A stretch of 64,000 nucleotides of DNA from Octopus vulgaris (Eukaryota), in the NCBI GenBank assembly GCA_951406725.2, contig OX597824.1, positions 10,168,001-10,232,000 on the forward strand. The letters run 5' to 3'. A program made the position numbers and the translations under genes. Under the pieces are notes generated by a model. The model was not told the DNA's origin. It ran no database searches and saw nothing but the letters and a program-made list of their open reading frames with translations. Of the stretch, positions 37,498 through 52,514 are shown piece after piece. The first letter of the stretch is position 1. Each line of letters starts with the position of its first letter.

Positions 37498-39686
37498 CAT
37501 GCCATTTTAAATATATATATAATCATCCCCATCCATTTATAATATGTAATCATGTTTGCATCCTAGTCCTCCAGTTTATACAAGTGTTTAGTGAAAACTA
37601 AATACTAAAATATTTAGTTTTGCGCTGATGTATATTGGTATTTAAATATTTATGAATGAGAAAAAGGAAGAAAATGGACTATAGACATCAGTTTATTCAA
37701 AGATATTCCAATCACTATACTAGGAAATTTTTATCCCTACAGCCGTTTCCATGTCCAATTAGTTCAATTAGAGAAATCAAATTAAATTGAATTTCCTAAT
37801 GAAAGCCAGAGCTTCCTTCGACCAAAAGTATTAAGAAAAAAAATGTTATTGAGATATACTATTATTTTAGTTGTTTGCACTATTTTATGCTGTTTATACT
37901 CTTATAGATTCAAAGTTCACAAATTTCCTTATTTAAATTATGAATCATATTCCTTTCGATAATATCAATATGATTACAAAACAATTTTGTAGACGATATT
38001 TTCTGTTTGGTCAACACTAATTTTCAAACTGCTGGAGTCTATTGCTATTGCTCTACTCATAGCAAAGTATAACTGGCCCCACAATCGACTGTCCATATCC
38101 TCCCACTCCAACTGTCTTATATTCACATTCTTCTACCTTAAATCTTTGCTCTGGCAACCCATTACTACCATCTTTGCCATCGTTTGTCTTCATCTGCGCA
38201 GGAGTGGCTGTGTGGTAAGTAGCTTGCTAACCAACCACATGGTTCCGGATTCAGTCCCACTGCGTGGCATCTTGGGCAAGTGTCTTCTGCTATAGCCCCG
38301 GGCCGACCAATGCCTTGTGAGTGGATTTGGTAGACGGAAACTGAAAGAAGCCTGTCGTATATATGTATATATATGTATGTGTGTGTTTGTGTGTCTGTGT
38401 TTGTCCCCAAGCATTGCTTGACAACCGATGCTGGTGTGTTTACGTCCCCGTCACTTAGCGGTTCGGCAAAAGAGACCGATAGAATAAGTACTGGGCTTAC
38501 AAAGAATAAGTCCCGGGGTTGATTTGCTCGACTAAAGGCGGTGCTCCAGCATGGCCACAGTCAAATGACTGAAACAAGTAAAAGATAAAAGATAAAAAAA
38601 GATAATCTCAGTTACTCTTACCCAACCTTACATTGGGCAAAGGTAACCATGTAACTTCTTTATAGCAAGACACCTCTACTTGTCTTCTTCTCATACTTTA
38701 GCTCCCGCAACAACCGACATAAAGACATCTCCCCCTCTCCAATATTCTCAGCCTTTTAGTTTGAGGGAAGCTTTCTTATTCTTTTCCGGTCTTGTAAATT
38801 ATTTGGGGATCTGCTGAGTGTGCATTGTAAAGAGGCTGGGGCTAGGAAAAATGCACACACTGCACACTGTAATTTGGTTAGCATAAAGAAAAAGAAAAAC
38901 ACACCCAATGCACCCTGTAATGTGGTTAGTGTTAGGAAAAATGTACCCAGAGCACACTATGATATGGTTGGCATCCAACCACCGAAACCATGTGAAAGCT
39001 TACACTGGAGCTAAACACAGCTTTTATAGTTCATCAGTTCTTGTAAAACTTTCCAGGCTATGCCAGCATGGCAAAGGGTCATTACATGATGATGATGATG
39101 ATGATGACATTGATGATAAAAATCATGGTAGTGATGTACACATACATGTGTAACCTGAGCTAGTGGTGGGGAAAATGAAATCATTGATCCTAAAGCAGTC
39201 TGTTATCTCTATCATGCATCTCTGATATTATCTTTCAACCTACTATCTAACTCATATTTTTTTATATTTGGCTTTCTTCCACCTGACACCAAATATAAAC
39301 TGCTCATTGAGGGTGTGCAGATTGTGTTTTATTGCAGGGATTTCCGAAACCAGGGTACGCATAGCACCATTAGCTTGTAAGAGTATACATGCAGGCACAC
39401 AAAGGTTATATAAAGGCTGGAATTTTGAAGCTGTCAGAACCTATTAAATGCAACTTGTGTGTATTGTAAAGGCAAGCAATATCAACATATATTCCACAGT
39501 AATTTGGCTTATTTCATTGTTATATTCACAGTTCATTGCTTTCTTCAACAAGTTGTTTTTCAGTTTTGAGGTCAGCAAACAATTTACACTCCCAGAAAAC
39601 TTATATTTTGTTTTCAGCAAATAATTGACTTATGTGCATGCTTAACTTATTTAATGGAAAACACATTGAATTGATTGAAAGCAACA

Positions 39687-39734
<48 letters not shown>

Positions 39735-39935
39735 GGAGTGTAATTCCGCTTGAGACACCTAGACCACTTTTGAGTAACCTAATTGTTATGCAGACAAATG
39801 TTAAAATATTTAGTTTTCTAAAAGCAATTATACAGATGATTATCATTACACCATGATCATTTGCTTTTCGTTTTTGCTTTTTTACATCAATTTTTCCAGC
39901 TTATAGAGGAAACACAAAATTCATTAATGAAAATA

Positions 39936-40780
39936 TTAGATTGGCAACTAAGTTCTTGCTGTTTTTTTAAATTTTGGAATTCATTGCGTTTTTAAATTTT
40001 GGAATCTATTTTTTTCGAGAATTCTATTTTTGAATCCTTTTGGAATCTATTTTTTTTTTTTTTTGTAGTTAATTTTAGTTAATTTTTGTTTATTTTCAGA
40101 TCATTAAAATGGAATGTCAAGTTAAGAAAAATGTGCATTTTATACACCTTCTTTTTGATTTTAATCAAGGTTCTAAGGCTGCAAAAGCTGCTCGTGACAT
40201 TTGTGCTATGTATAGAGAGGGTGCCATAGCTTAAAGAACCACTTGTGATTGGTATGCCAAGTTAAAAAATGGAAATTTTGACTTCAAAGATGTACCTCGT
40301 TCTAGCCATCCAGTTGAATTTGATGAAGAGCAATTAAACCAGCTTTTGCACGAGAATTCTCGTCAAGAAACAAGGGAACTGGCAAAGAAAATGGAATGAT
40401 CCCACACTGCTATAGAGAAGCATCTTCACTTGGTGGGAAAGGTTCAGAAGTATGGAGCATGGGTTCCGCATGCTTTAAGTGACAACATCAAAACTCAACA
40501 AGCCACAATCTCCGCTGGTTTGTTTGCTCGTCACCACTCAATTCATGGACACAAGCAACAATTTCTTTACCGAATCGTTACTGGCGACGAAAAGTAGTGC
40601 CTGTACATCAATATGAAACAGCGTAAGGAATGGCTTAGCCCCGGTAAACAAGCGACACCGAGCGTGAAACAAGATCTTCATCTGCGTGAAACGATGTTGT
40701 GCATATGGTGGGACTGGGAAGGGATTATCCTTTAAGAATTGCTTGAACGGAACCAAACGGTCGACACAGAACTCTATATT
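39936..40780 (+). pseudogene. Mariner transposase pseudogene, 3'-truncated
   Basis: TA + TIR-like ttagattggcaactaagttc. ATG near 40089; WVPHAL (40460), RIVTGDEK (40572), MLCIWWDWEGII. Several stops. Confidence 0.88.
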
Positions 40781-40916
40781 TCCTCATGTCCTTTGACCAC
40801 AAACAACACAATGGGTGAACATGTTTTTCAATGAAAAACGTAAACAAAGTTTGTGTTGGTGATGTTTATTTACCCTTACTCGTAGCAAACAAGATCAAGA
40901 CAAGACGCATAGGCAT

Positions 40917-40956
<40 letters not shown>

Positions 40957-40987
40957 ATATGCATACTATAAATACACATCTACATAT

Positions 40988-41053
<66 letters not shown>

Positions 41054-41071
41054 TATGTGTGTGTTTGAAAG

Positions 41072-41110
<39 letters not shown>

Positions 41111-41295
41111 CTACAAAATTAGAAAATGGAGAAACATACTTAAATCAATCAAACATCAACCATCAGATGATACCCAATCAATACTTTATTACACCATTAC
41201 ATAACAGTAAAGGCATTATACAAAATATATTATAAATATAATTAGACAAGGAAATAGAAATATAAAATATAAAATATAATATGTAATTATATCAT

Positions 41296-41408
41296 ATCTG
41301 ACAGCTGTTTCGGCAGTAAAGGCAAGCATGCCTCATTTAACCTATAAGCCATATAAGGCAGGTATAAATGAGACATTAACAAGGATGCCCCACGGCTTCT
41401 TCAGAGAA
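41296..41408 (-). ncRNA. Hammerhead ribozyme with long helix II
   Basis: Reverse strand reads ttct-CTGAAGA-agccgtgggg...ctttactgcc-GAAA; palindrome ACAGCTGT; GUC; aga. Helix II relies on G-U pairs. Confidence 0.7.
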
Positions 41409-43491
41409 TTTAATTTATTATAAGTGTGAAAAAAAATTTTTTTAATATACATATAAATATAAAAATATAAAATATAAAAACGTGTGCATAGACACCCATA
41501 ATACTATACATATATATATATACTCATTAATACAATAATACAAAGTAAACAAAACAAAATAAAACAAAATATATATCAATATATATTAATAAGCACAGTT
41601 ATTCTACATATTGGGCTAATAGTTCTAAAAACTAACACATAGGAAAATATATGCACACTCACATTACGGTAATATTTTTACCTTTGCCCACATAATACAG
41701 TAGATGAACTAATTGCTTGGCAATTTTTAACATTTATGTATTAGTCTTGTTGAGTACCTCTCTAGCAGTATATTGGATATATGTTATCCCATGGTGGGTT
41801 GAATTTTCAACCCTTATCTCATTTTATAATATATATATATATATGTATACGTATGAATGTATATGCATATATAAATATGCATATATAGATGTAATTATAT
41901 ATATGAGTATACACACACACACACACACATGGCTGGTGTTAGGAAGGGCATCCAGGGGTAGAAACCATGCCAAAGCAGATAGCTGAGTTTGGTGCTGTCT
42001 TTTGACTTGTCAATTCTTATCAAATCATTCTACTCATGCCTGCATAGGAAACAGACGTCATATGATGATGATGTTAATGATGATGATATATTAATAGTTA
42101 TCGCCAAGCTAATATGGCAGTCCAGAAATAAAGGATGAATACTACCTTTGATCAGCTCCAAGAGGCCATTGCCTCTAGCTAGCTATATGACACACGAACC
42201 TGTGTCCATTATAACCTTCGAACAGGGGAGGTCAGTCGCTTCCCCTTGCTGGTCAGGCATCTGCAGACTAGTTTCAGGGTATTTGCCCCTTATCAATGCA
42301 CAGCAGCCGAACGACCAGCAAGGGGAAGCGGCTGACCACCCCTGTTCGAAGATTATAATGGACACAGGTTCATGTGTCACATAGCTAGCTAGAGGCAATG
42401 GCCTCTTGGAGCCAATCAATGGCAGCATTCATCCTATATTTCTGGACTGCCATGTTAGCTTGACAATAACTATTAATTTCCAGTACTGCTGCCATAGTCT
42501 CCTTTAGAGAGACTTAGAAATATTATTATTTCAATATATATATCTTTTATTTTTTATCTTTTAGTTGAACAAATTGACCCCAGGACTTTTTTAAAACCTA
42601 GTACTTATTCTGTTGATCTTTTTTGCCAAACCACTAAGTTATGGGAACATAAACACATCAACACTTGTTGTCAAGTGATGGTGGGGAACAAACACAGACA
42701 TGAAGACACACACAAATTGATATATACATATGTAGGTATACAGCAGGCTTCCTTCAGTTTCCATCTACCAAATCTACTCTCAAGGTTTTGGTTGCTGTGA
42801 GGATATAGTGGCAGACACTTGCCCAAGGTGCCACAAATGGGACTAAATCTGAAACGTATGGTTGGGAAACAAATTTCTTAACCAAACAGCCATGCTAATA
42901 TTTTATATTTAAACATTTTCATTTCGTTTCAATGTGCACATACAAACATACGTACACACACACACACACACACACACTCACACACTCCTGGATGCATATA
43001 CATACTAACACATACACACACACACACTGACACACACGCACACACTCCTGGACGCATATACATACTGACACATACACACACATACATTCCAAAATATTTG
43101 TTTTTGCCAGCAAACCTGATATTTTTGTATTTGTAATAGCATTGTGGAAAATAAAAAAAATTCTCATCATATATTTGTAATTCATCCTGGCAATGTTCGC
43201 TCATCCATAACCTTTTCGTAATTAATATCACTCTTATTTATCATCATATCTTTAACAGTTGCTTGCAAATTTCTACAATGTCATCAGATGCATCTTCAGT
43301 CTTTCTGAGCTCTATGTTGTAGTAGCACTAATCTTTTGGATGTATAGAACTGCGTTTATATCATAAACGAGGCAAGTGAAATCAAAATCAAATTTGATGA
43401 CTGGCGTCCGCGCTAGTGGGGTGCAAAGAGCACCATATGAGTGTGATCGTTGACAGAGCGGCTAACCGGCTTCCATGCCGGTGGCACTTAA

Positions 43492-43712
43492 CCCTTTAGT
43501 GTTCACATTATTCTGCCAAGATTAATGCTTCTTCATCTACATTGTTTTTAATTAATCATGCATTACCTTGTAGCTATGAGATTTTGATGAGGTAGCTGTT
43601 AATTTTTAAAACAATATTGTAGGGTTGGTGTGAGAGACCAGATCTGGCCAGTTTGAACATAAAACAGGCAGAATACTTTTGGCCGGATATGGCCGGTTTA
43701 AATGCTAAAGGG
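43492..43712. mobile_element. piggyBac-type MITE nested in an (ATG)n-tailed repeat
   Basis: TTAA-CCCTTTAG...CTAAAGGG-TTAA. Reverse complement of the 61049 copy. Confidence 0.8.
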
Positions 43713-44815
43713 TTAAAAGGCACCATTTGAATGCGATCGTTACCAGTATCGTACTACTGGCACTTGAGCCCCATGCTAGTAGGGTATTAAGAGCAACATC
43801 CGAGCATGATCATTGCCAGAGCGGCTATCTGGCCTCCATGCCAATGGCATGTAAAAGACACCATTCAAGTGTGATCATTACCAGTGTCGCCTTACTGGCA
43901 CCTGTGCCGGTGGCATGTGTAAAAGATTCGAGCGAGGTCGTTGCCTTTGCTGCCTGACTGGCCCCGTGCCAGGAGCACATTAAAGCACCCATTACACTCT
44001 CAGAGTGGTTGGCATTAGGAAAGGCATCCAGCTGTAGAAACTCTGCCAGATCAAGATTGAAGCCTGGTGGAGCCATCTAGTTCGCTAGCCCTCAGTCAAA
44101 ATCGTCCAACCCATGCCAGCATGGAAAGCAGACGTTAAACGATGATGATAATGATGATAATGATTGATGTGAGGTGTATTTTACTGATTCTGGTGTTATT
44201 TTAGTATTTCCTTTGCTGTGCAGATTATGTTCTATGTGAGGTATGCGGTTATTTTGTTGGGTAGTGTTTGTGCTGGGTTGTATTGGGTGTCTGTTGTGTG
44301 TTGTGTGAGTGGTTCTACATGTTTTAGTGCAGCCATCTTTTACCTGTTACATCTTTCAGTCATAAGACTGTGACCAGCCATGCTGGGGTGATGCCTCGAG
44401 AAATTTTAGTCAAACGAATAGACCCATCCCATAATTTTCATTTTTATAAGCAAGCCTGATACTTATTCTATTGGTTCTTTTGCTGGACCACTAAGTTACA
44501 GGGATGTAAACACACCAACACTGGTTGTCAAGTGGTGATAATGGAATGGTGGTGGTGGACAAACGCAGACACAAAGACACACACACACATTTATATATAT
44601 ATATATATATATATACTCATACAAATATTTTATAGTTATGTTTATAATTATAGGCGTAGGAGTGGCTGTGTGGTAAGTAGCTTGTTTACCAACCACATGG
44701 TTCTGGGTTCAGTCCCAATGTGTGGTACCTTGGACAAGTGTCTTCTACTATAACCTTGGGCCGACCAAGGCCTTGTGAATGGATTTGGTGGACGGAAGCT
44801 GAAAGAAGCCCATCG

Positions 44816-44847
<32 letters not shown>

Positions 44848-45050
44848 CATGTTGTTTGTGTGTCTGTGTTTGTCCCCACAATATCGCTTGACAACCAATG
44901 CTGGTGTGTTTACGTCCCCGTAACTTAGCGGTTTGGCAAAAGAGACCGATAGAATAAGTACTAGGCTTACAAAGAATAAGTCCTGGGGTCGATTTGCATG
45001 GCCGCAGTCAAATGACTGAAACAAGTAAAAGAAGTAAAAGAGAGTATATA

Positions 45051-45109
<59 letters not shown>

Positions 45110-45369
45110 GTCAGGAGAGTATTGTAGTTCGCTTAAAGCATAGTGTATTGTTTGTAAACGATAATAATAATAGTAAAAATGTGTTTTGAATGGCATAATA
45201 ATGCACTATAATACAAATAATGGACTATAATAAGTGATGTAATTTAATCATCCAAATTTGGTATAAAATTCCTTCTTCAGATATCCCTAGGGATTGCGCG
45301 AGTTACTGCTACAATCAATTTTCCAACATTGGAAAACCGATTATAGCAGTGACTCAATCAATCCCTAGG

Positions 45370-45411
45370 AATATTTGAAGAAGGAATTTTTATATTCCGA
45401 AATATTATACC
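45370..45411 (+). ncRNA. Degenerate hammerhead ribozyme in fold-back element
   Basis: TTGAAGA-a-ggaat/attcc-GAAA-tat-t-atacc. The inverted arm (about 45274-45280) preserves CTGAAGA but lacks the GAAA segment. Confidence 0.55.
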
Positions 45412-45874
45412 AAATTTGGATGATTAAATTACACCAGTTATTATAGTCCATTGTTGTTAATATAGTACCATTCAAAACACATTATTACTATTTACTATTA
45501 TTGTATATATATATATTGTCAATTCAAATAAACAATCAATCTAAATAAATGAATAAAATTAACAGACAACATGAGGACGTTCACAAGAAATGTGTTAGCT
45601 TCAAACTTGATGAAAAGAGAGAATTTGAAGTTTCAAGCATACCTCTTCATTATAAAGGAGAAAGGGAAAAGTCCAAAGAAAGAAAAGAAATCACCAACAG
45701 TATGTGTGTGTGTATGTATATATATATATATATATATAATTTCAACAATTGAGGGTAAAATTAATTAATTAATCAATTTCACCAAGTATTCAGTATACAA
45801 AGGGACCATTTAAGGCGAATTCAAATTATTACATTATATAAAAGGGCAAAGTAATTTATTTTACTAAGCCCTTT

Positions 45875-45911
<37 letters not shown>

Positions 45912-46638
45912 TGATGGATTCTCTTGTCATGAATGACAAATGAGAGTTCAGTAAAATATATATACATATATATACATATATACAAACACACAAACATATA
46001 TATTTTATATATATTATATATTTGCCATTCTCTCTCTCATGTGTGTCTGTTCGAAGGATTATTTACCTAAATTCAGTGGAATATATCCACTGGTTTTCAA
46101 AAATAGAAATATTATTATTTCTGAGTCTCTCTAAAGGAGACTATGGCAGCAGTACTAAATATTAACAGTTATCGCCAAGCTAACATGGCAATCCAGAAAT
46201 ATATGTATTGGCTTATGTTTTTCATTGTTTGATCTGCCTAATAGTGGTTTTATCTCTAATTTAATATAATATAATATAATATATTTATACTATAAAATTG
46301 GATTTAATCCTAAATCTGATTTTTCCCTGTAAGTTTGGATTTATTCCCTAATATTTTATCATATATATATATATATATATATATACATACATGCATAGAG
46401 ATATGTATATATATACACACACACATATATATTATTTACAATATTTACATTTGTCCTCATCCTTGTTTGTTTTTAACACAGCATTTCAGCTGATGTACTC
46501 TCCAGCCTTCATCAGGTGTCCTGTGGGAATTTCAAACCTGGGTTCTCATTCCTAAGGTATTTTTCCAATGCCGTTATAATTATTGTTGTTGTTTTGTTGT
46601 TGTTGCTGTTATTGTTGTTATTGTTATTGTCATTGTCA

Positions 46639-46692
<54 letters not shown>

Positions 46693-46843
46693 TCACTGCC
46701 TGGAATCAAACTTGGAATCTTGGGGTTAGCAGCCCGCGCTGTTTACTGTTACATCATATGCCCGTTACACCATATTTTTTTTTTCTCTAGTTTCAGCTCA
46801 GAGCTGCATCCATGCAGATGCACTGCCATTGTATATATTTATA

Positions 46844-46892
<49 letters not shown>

Positions 46893-49335
46893 AAATGTAT
46901 ATTTATAAGGCACAGGCATGGCTGTGTGGTAAGAAGCTTTATCGATTTTTGTAATTTTTTCAAGATTTATACACACCCTGATACCGTCGGTATCTACATA
47001 TCAAATTTGAGCGCAATTGGATGAAGGATGCCTGAGATCCTAGAAGACATACACACAGACAGACAGAACAGATTTTATATGATAGATTAGGCATAGGTTT
47101 GGTTTGAAGGTGAGGTTGCTTTTTTCATAATCATCAGAGCACAAAGTGCTCCTCATGAACACAGGTTCATGAGGCGGTTGTGATCTGTAAACAGTTTTGA
47201 ATAGGAACTGGAAAGAGAAGTATGAACACACAATTCACCTATGCACACTGAATTCATAAAACAAAAGAAGATAAACAAAACACAATGCGCATGTTAAAAT
47301 ATAATGGAAGAGAAGGAGAAAACAAGTTATGTGATGGTCTGCATGCCATGTCTAACATCATTATCATGCAACTTTGCAGTAATATTTTTGTTGTCAATGA
47401 TTTCAAGCCAATAGACAGAGATGTAGGAATAATCAGAGCCTGGGATTTTCAAAATGCTCTCACTCATACTTATCTTTAGTGACAACAAAGTATACGTGTC
47501 TTGTGATTTAGTTCAGACTGAGTAGCCGGGTAGTGATATTGTTTTGAAATTACATTACCGAAGATAGATAGATTTATGGTGATTAGTGTCTATGCTAATG
47601 TATCTGAGGTATTGATTATGCCAGCCTATCACTTGGGATAGCCCAGAAACAGCTGTAAGATTTCAAATTCACCTTACCCAAATTAAATTATTCTAAATGT
47701 CTTAAGATACTCATCCTGCCTTGGTTTTTGTTGTCCTTCTTCCTCTAATATAATATGTAGCTTCTAACATGGAAGCCTAATGTGGATCCCTAGCTCCAGC
47801 CTCAGCTGTGAACTTGGAACCTAACAGGTGACTAATTATAGCCCTTACTCAATATACTTATTCGTTTAGACCACTAGTGAACTAAACCCCTTATATTCTT
47901 TATTATTGCCCTTCAGAGCACTTAATATAGGTATTGCTCAATATAGACAAACAATTCCTCAGCATATCACCCAAGGTCATACCCATTCCTTCTCAAAAAA
48001 CTTTTACTTAACAAAACAAATGATCTTATCAGAAGGATGAGGTGGAACCCTCATCATTGTAACGGACGGAATGCCAGTTATATATATGTATGATATGGCA
48101 TATAGCTTCAACCGCTTTAAAACCAAGAGTAGATAAAACAATACCAGTCAAGTATTGGCATCAATCTATTTCAAAAGGCGTGGCTTGTATATTGAAATAT
48201 TTTTTGTTTGTATTCCTAATTTTCATTTCTCTTCCATTTGTTTATTGCAGTCAAAATTTTTCTACACATATTCTTTACTTTGAAGCAGTTGTTGATCTAA
48301 AGGAGAAAAATATATCCAATGGTGGAACCAGCTGTTGCTTTATTTTGCTGGTTGTGATGGATGGCAGAGAATAAAGAAAGAGAGAAAATGGAGAAAGTAG
48401 TTCAGACAAAGAGATGGAGGAGAGATGGCCTGGTTCTGTTGTTATGATTTGTTTATTTTCTACTGGATGGAAAACATAATAGGACATCTCAAGGGAACGG
48501 CAGACATATTAAAATCAACAGCAAGCACGTAATAATAATAATAAGAATGATGATGATGACGACAACGACAACGACAAAGGTGATGATTATGGTGATGATG
48601 ATGATGACGACGACAAAGGTGATGATGATCATAATGATCATGATGATGATGACAATGATCACAGTGTTGAAAACATTAAGGGCTTAGCCAAAACCTTTTT
48701 TTCAAATAGTAAGACCCTAACTTTCCCCATCAACATAAATACCGATCAATCTTCAACAGCTCTGCTCTGAAATTATTCTACTCCTCTCCGCCCGATATAG
48801 AATCTGCTGTTACCTCATCCAATAAGTGTAAATTTAATTCCTTTTTAACCTAAATATCATCATCATCATCGTTTAATGTCCGCTTTCCATGCTAGCATGG
48901 GTTGGACGATTTTGACTGAGGGCTGGTGAACCAGATGGTTGCACCAGTCTCCAATCTTGATTTGGCAGAGTTTCTACAGCTGGATGCCCTTCCTAACGCC
49001 AACCACTCCGAGAGTGTAGTGGGTGCTTTTTGCATGCCACCAGCACGGGGCCAGACAGGCGGTACTGGCAACAACCTCGCTCGAATATTTTTAACCTAAA
49101 TATATGTAATCATAACATAGGTCAATGCGGTGAAAGCACTAACACCGGACATGGTAGTATATATCACACCTGTAACCCAAGAACTAACGACCAGAATAAA
49201 CCAGGATATGAAGATCCCCGCTTATGAGGAAGTTTGGTGCACAGCTAAAACAAATGTTGATACTGATCGCAGTACTACTAATGCTAATAACTCTAATACG
49301 ACCACTACTACTAATACAACTATTACTACTACAAA

Positions 49336-49419
<84 letters not shown>

Positions 49420-49440
49420 TAATAATAATAACAACAACAA

Positions 49441-49476
<36 letters not shown>

Positions 49477-49484
49477 AACTACTA

Positions 49485-49518
<34 letters not shown>

Positions 49519-49853
49519 GAGCACACCAATGTCCTCTCAACAATTAGTCAGAGATGATTTTTAAAATGAAAATATCTGAAATAAACTCAACTACTCTCAC
49601 AAACGAGAATACTAAAAGTGAACCTGATTGCTCTCAAAAATTAGGTAAAAAAAACGGGAAAATAATCCAAAAACCTTGTCTGGTACTGGATCGATCTCAA
49701 AATCTAATCGGTTCATGCCAGTCACAAGGCCAAATGTCCCTAAAAGTTTCATCCAAATCCATCCAGTGATTCTTGAGATATCTTGTCTATGGACAAGTAA
49801 ACAAACAAACATGACTGTAAACAATACCACTGCCTTCGCTAAGGCAGTGGTAA

Positions 49854-49915
<62 letters not shown>

Positions 49916-50654
49916 ACAACAACAACAATAATAATACTACAAGCCAATCCCCTAATACCACCCTAAACTTTAATTTGTCCATAAATAGTACAGCATCTTC
50001 CCTTTCTAATCCACATAAGACAGATAGCTACAACTGCTGGTCCAAGACTGAATGCCCACTGCAAGCCCATTGCAGAAGGTTTAATGTAGTATACTAATGC
50101 ATTGTCCTCAACATATTACATAATTCTACAAGCTACTACATTGGGTTTACTGTTCATTTTAAACTTATTTAAATATGAGGAGCATAGCACATCCACAGTC
50201 CTAGCCAACCACATGCACCATATGTTAAATAGGAAAGTACCATACTGGATATTCTGGGCCATAATAGATTCTGGTGTCTCATACCAAGGCTAGTACTCCA
50301 CGTTTGGAGCCCTCCAAATATTAATTCATAATTCACCAAATTACTCAGTTAACAACATGAAATATTCTCTATACTCTTTTTACTCTTTTGCTCTTTTATT
50401 TGTTTCGGTCATTTGACTGTGGCCATGCTGGAGCACCACCTTTAGTCGAGCAAATCAACCCCAGGACTTATTCTTTGTAAGCCTAGTACTTATTCTATCA
50501 GTCTCTTTTGCCGAACCGCTAAGTTACGGGGACGTAAACACACCAGCATCGGTTGTAAGGCGATGTTGGGGGACAAACGCAGACACACAAATATATACAC
50601 ACATAGACATATATATGCATACACGACGGAGACTTCTTTCAGTTTCCATCTATC

Positions 50655-50688
<34 letters not shown>

Positions 50689-52153
50689 TATACATATGCA
50701 TACATGCATACATGATGGCTGTCTCCTCATGACTAAGGAAGTCCATCACTGACCATTGTCCATGCAAAATATCAACAAATCAACAATGCTTGTACATAGG
50801 GTTATTGCACCTGTAGTTGGCTTCACCCAGGCTTGTGCCCACAGCTTTAGGGCTCGTTGTGACAACCCCCTACTAAGGCATCAGAAAGTTGCTTTGTTGG
50901 CAAACACACAACCTAAAATATTAGGTCCAACAAAGCTTGCACAAGAGCTCACAAGCCCCTCTTCACCCTACTGACATGATCCAGTGTCAATATAGGATGC
51001 AGGCTCAGGAATATGGGAGCACCGTGATCTAAAGTGCAAGCAAAAGATCCCCAAAATATCCAGTTTTCATTCCCTACACATCCAGTTTATATCAAGTTGA
51101 CCTTCACCTAGAAACAAGCTTTAACAAAAGCTGGGGAGTGCCTAACTCCCAGTGGCCTTCCAGCATGCCAGAGCCCAACCCAGAATTTCTGAAGGCCTAT
51201 GTTATTGCTAGATTGTCTCTGAACTTAAACAAAGAGCTTCAGTCCTTTTGACAGGTCTTGATTTTAGTCCTGCTGGGTTACTAACAATCCTCTTCACCAG
51301 ACAAACTGAGTGGGAGTGCCAGTTTAGTCACCAACAACCTGACCATACAACAGGGTATGGTAGATTCCATGCTACCAGTGGCACCCATGAGAGACCTCAC
51401 CAGTGACCTGACATACATACATACATACATACACACACACATGCATGCATACATACATACATACATACATACATACACACACACACATACATACATACAT
51501 ACATACTTACATACACACATACATACATACATACATACATACATACATACATACACACACATACATACATACATACATACATACTTACATACACACATAC
51601 ATGCATACATACATACATACATACATACATACATACACACACACATACATACATACATACATACTTACATACATGCATACATACATACATACATAAATAC
51701 ATACGTACGTACATGCATACATGAATGCATACATACATACATACATACATACATACATACATACATACATACACACATGCATGCATACATACATACATAC
51801 ATACATACATACATACATACATACATACAGACATACAGACAGACAGACATACATACTTACATACTGACGCATAGCCTTCAAATCCAATCTATTAACAGCA
51901 CACGAAACTCTACTCTTTTTCTCTTTTACTTGTTTCAGTCATTTGACTGTGGCCATGCTGGAGCACCACCTTTAGTCGAGCAAATTGACCCCAGGACTTA
52001 TTCTTTGTAAGCCTAGTACTTATTCTATCGGTCTCTTTTGCCGAACCACTAAGTTACGGGGACGTAAACACACCAGCATCGGTTGTCAGGCGATGTTGGG
52101 GGGACAAACACACACACACACACATACATCTCTCTCTCTCTCTCTCTCTCTCT

Positions 52154-52195
<42 letters not shown>

Positions 52196-52469
52196 CATAC
52201 ACGACGGGCTTCTTTCAGTTTCCATTTACCAAATCCACTCACGAGGATTTGGTCAGCCCGAGGCTATAGTAGAAGACACTTGGCCAAGGTGCCACACAAT
52301 GGGACTGAACCTGGGGCCAAGTGGTTTGTACGCAAACTACTTACCACACGGCTACTCCTGCATCTTTGTAAAACATTCTCAAGATTCTCCATCTGAGGTT
52401 CTTTATATGAACATATGTACACTCTTGGTTAAGTGCATCTACAAAGATGCACATTTAAAAAGTACTAAT

Positions 52470-52514
<45 letters not shown>

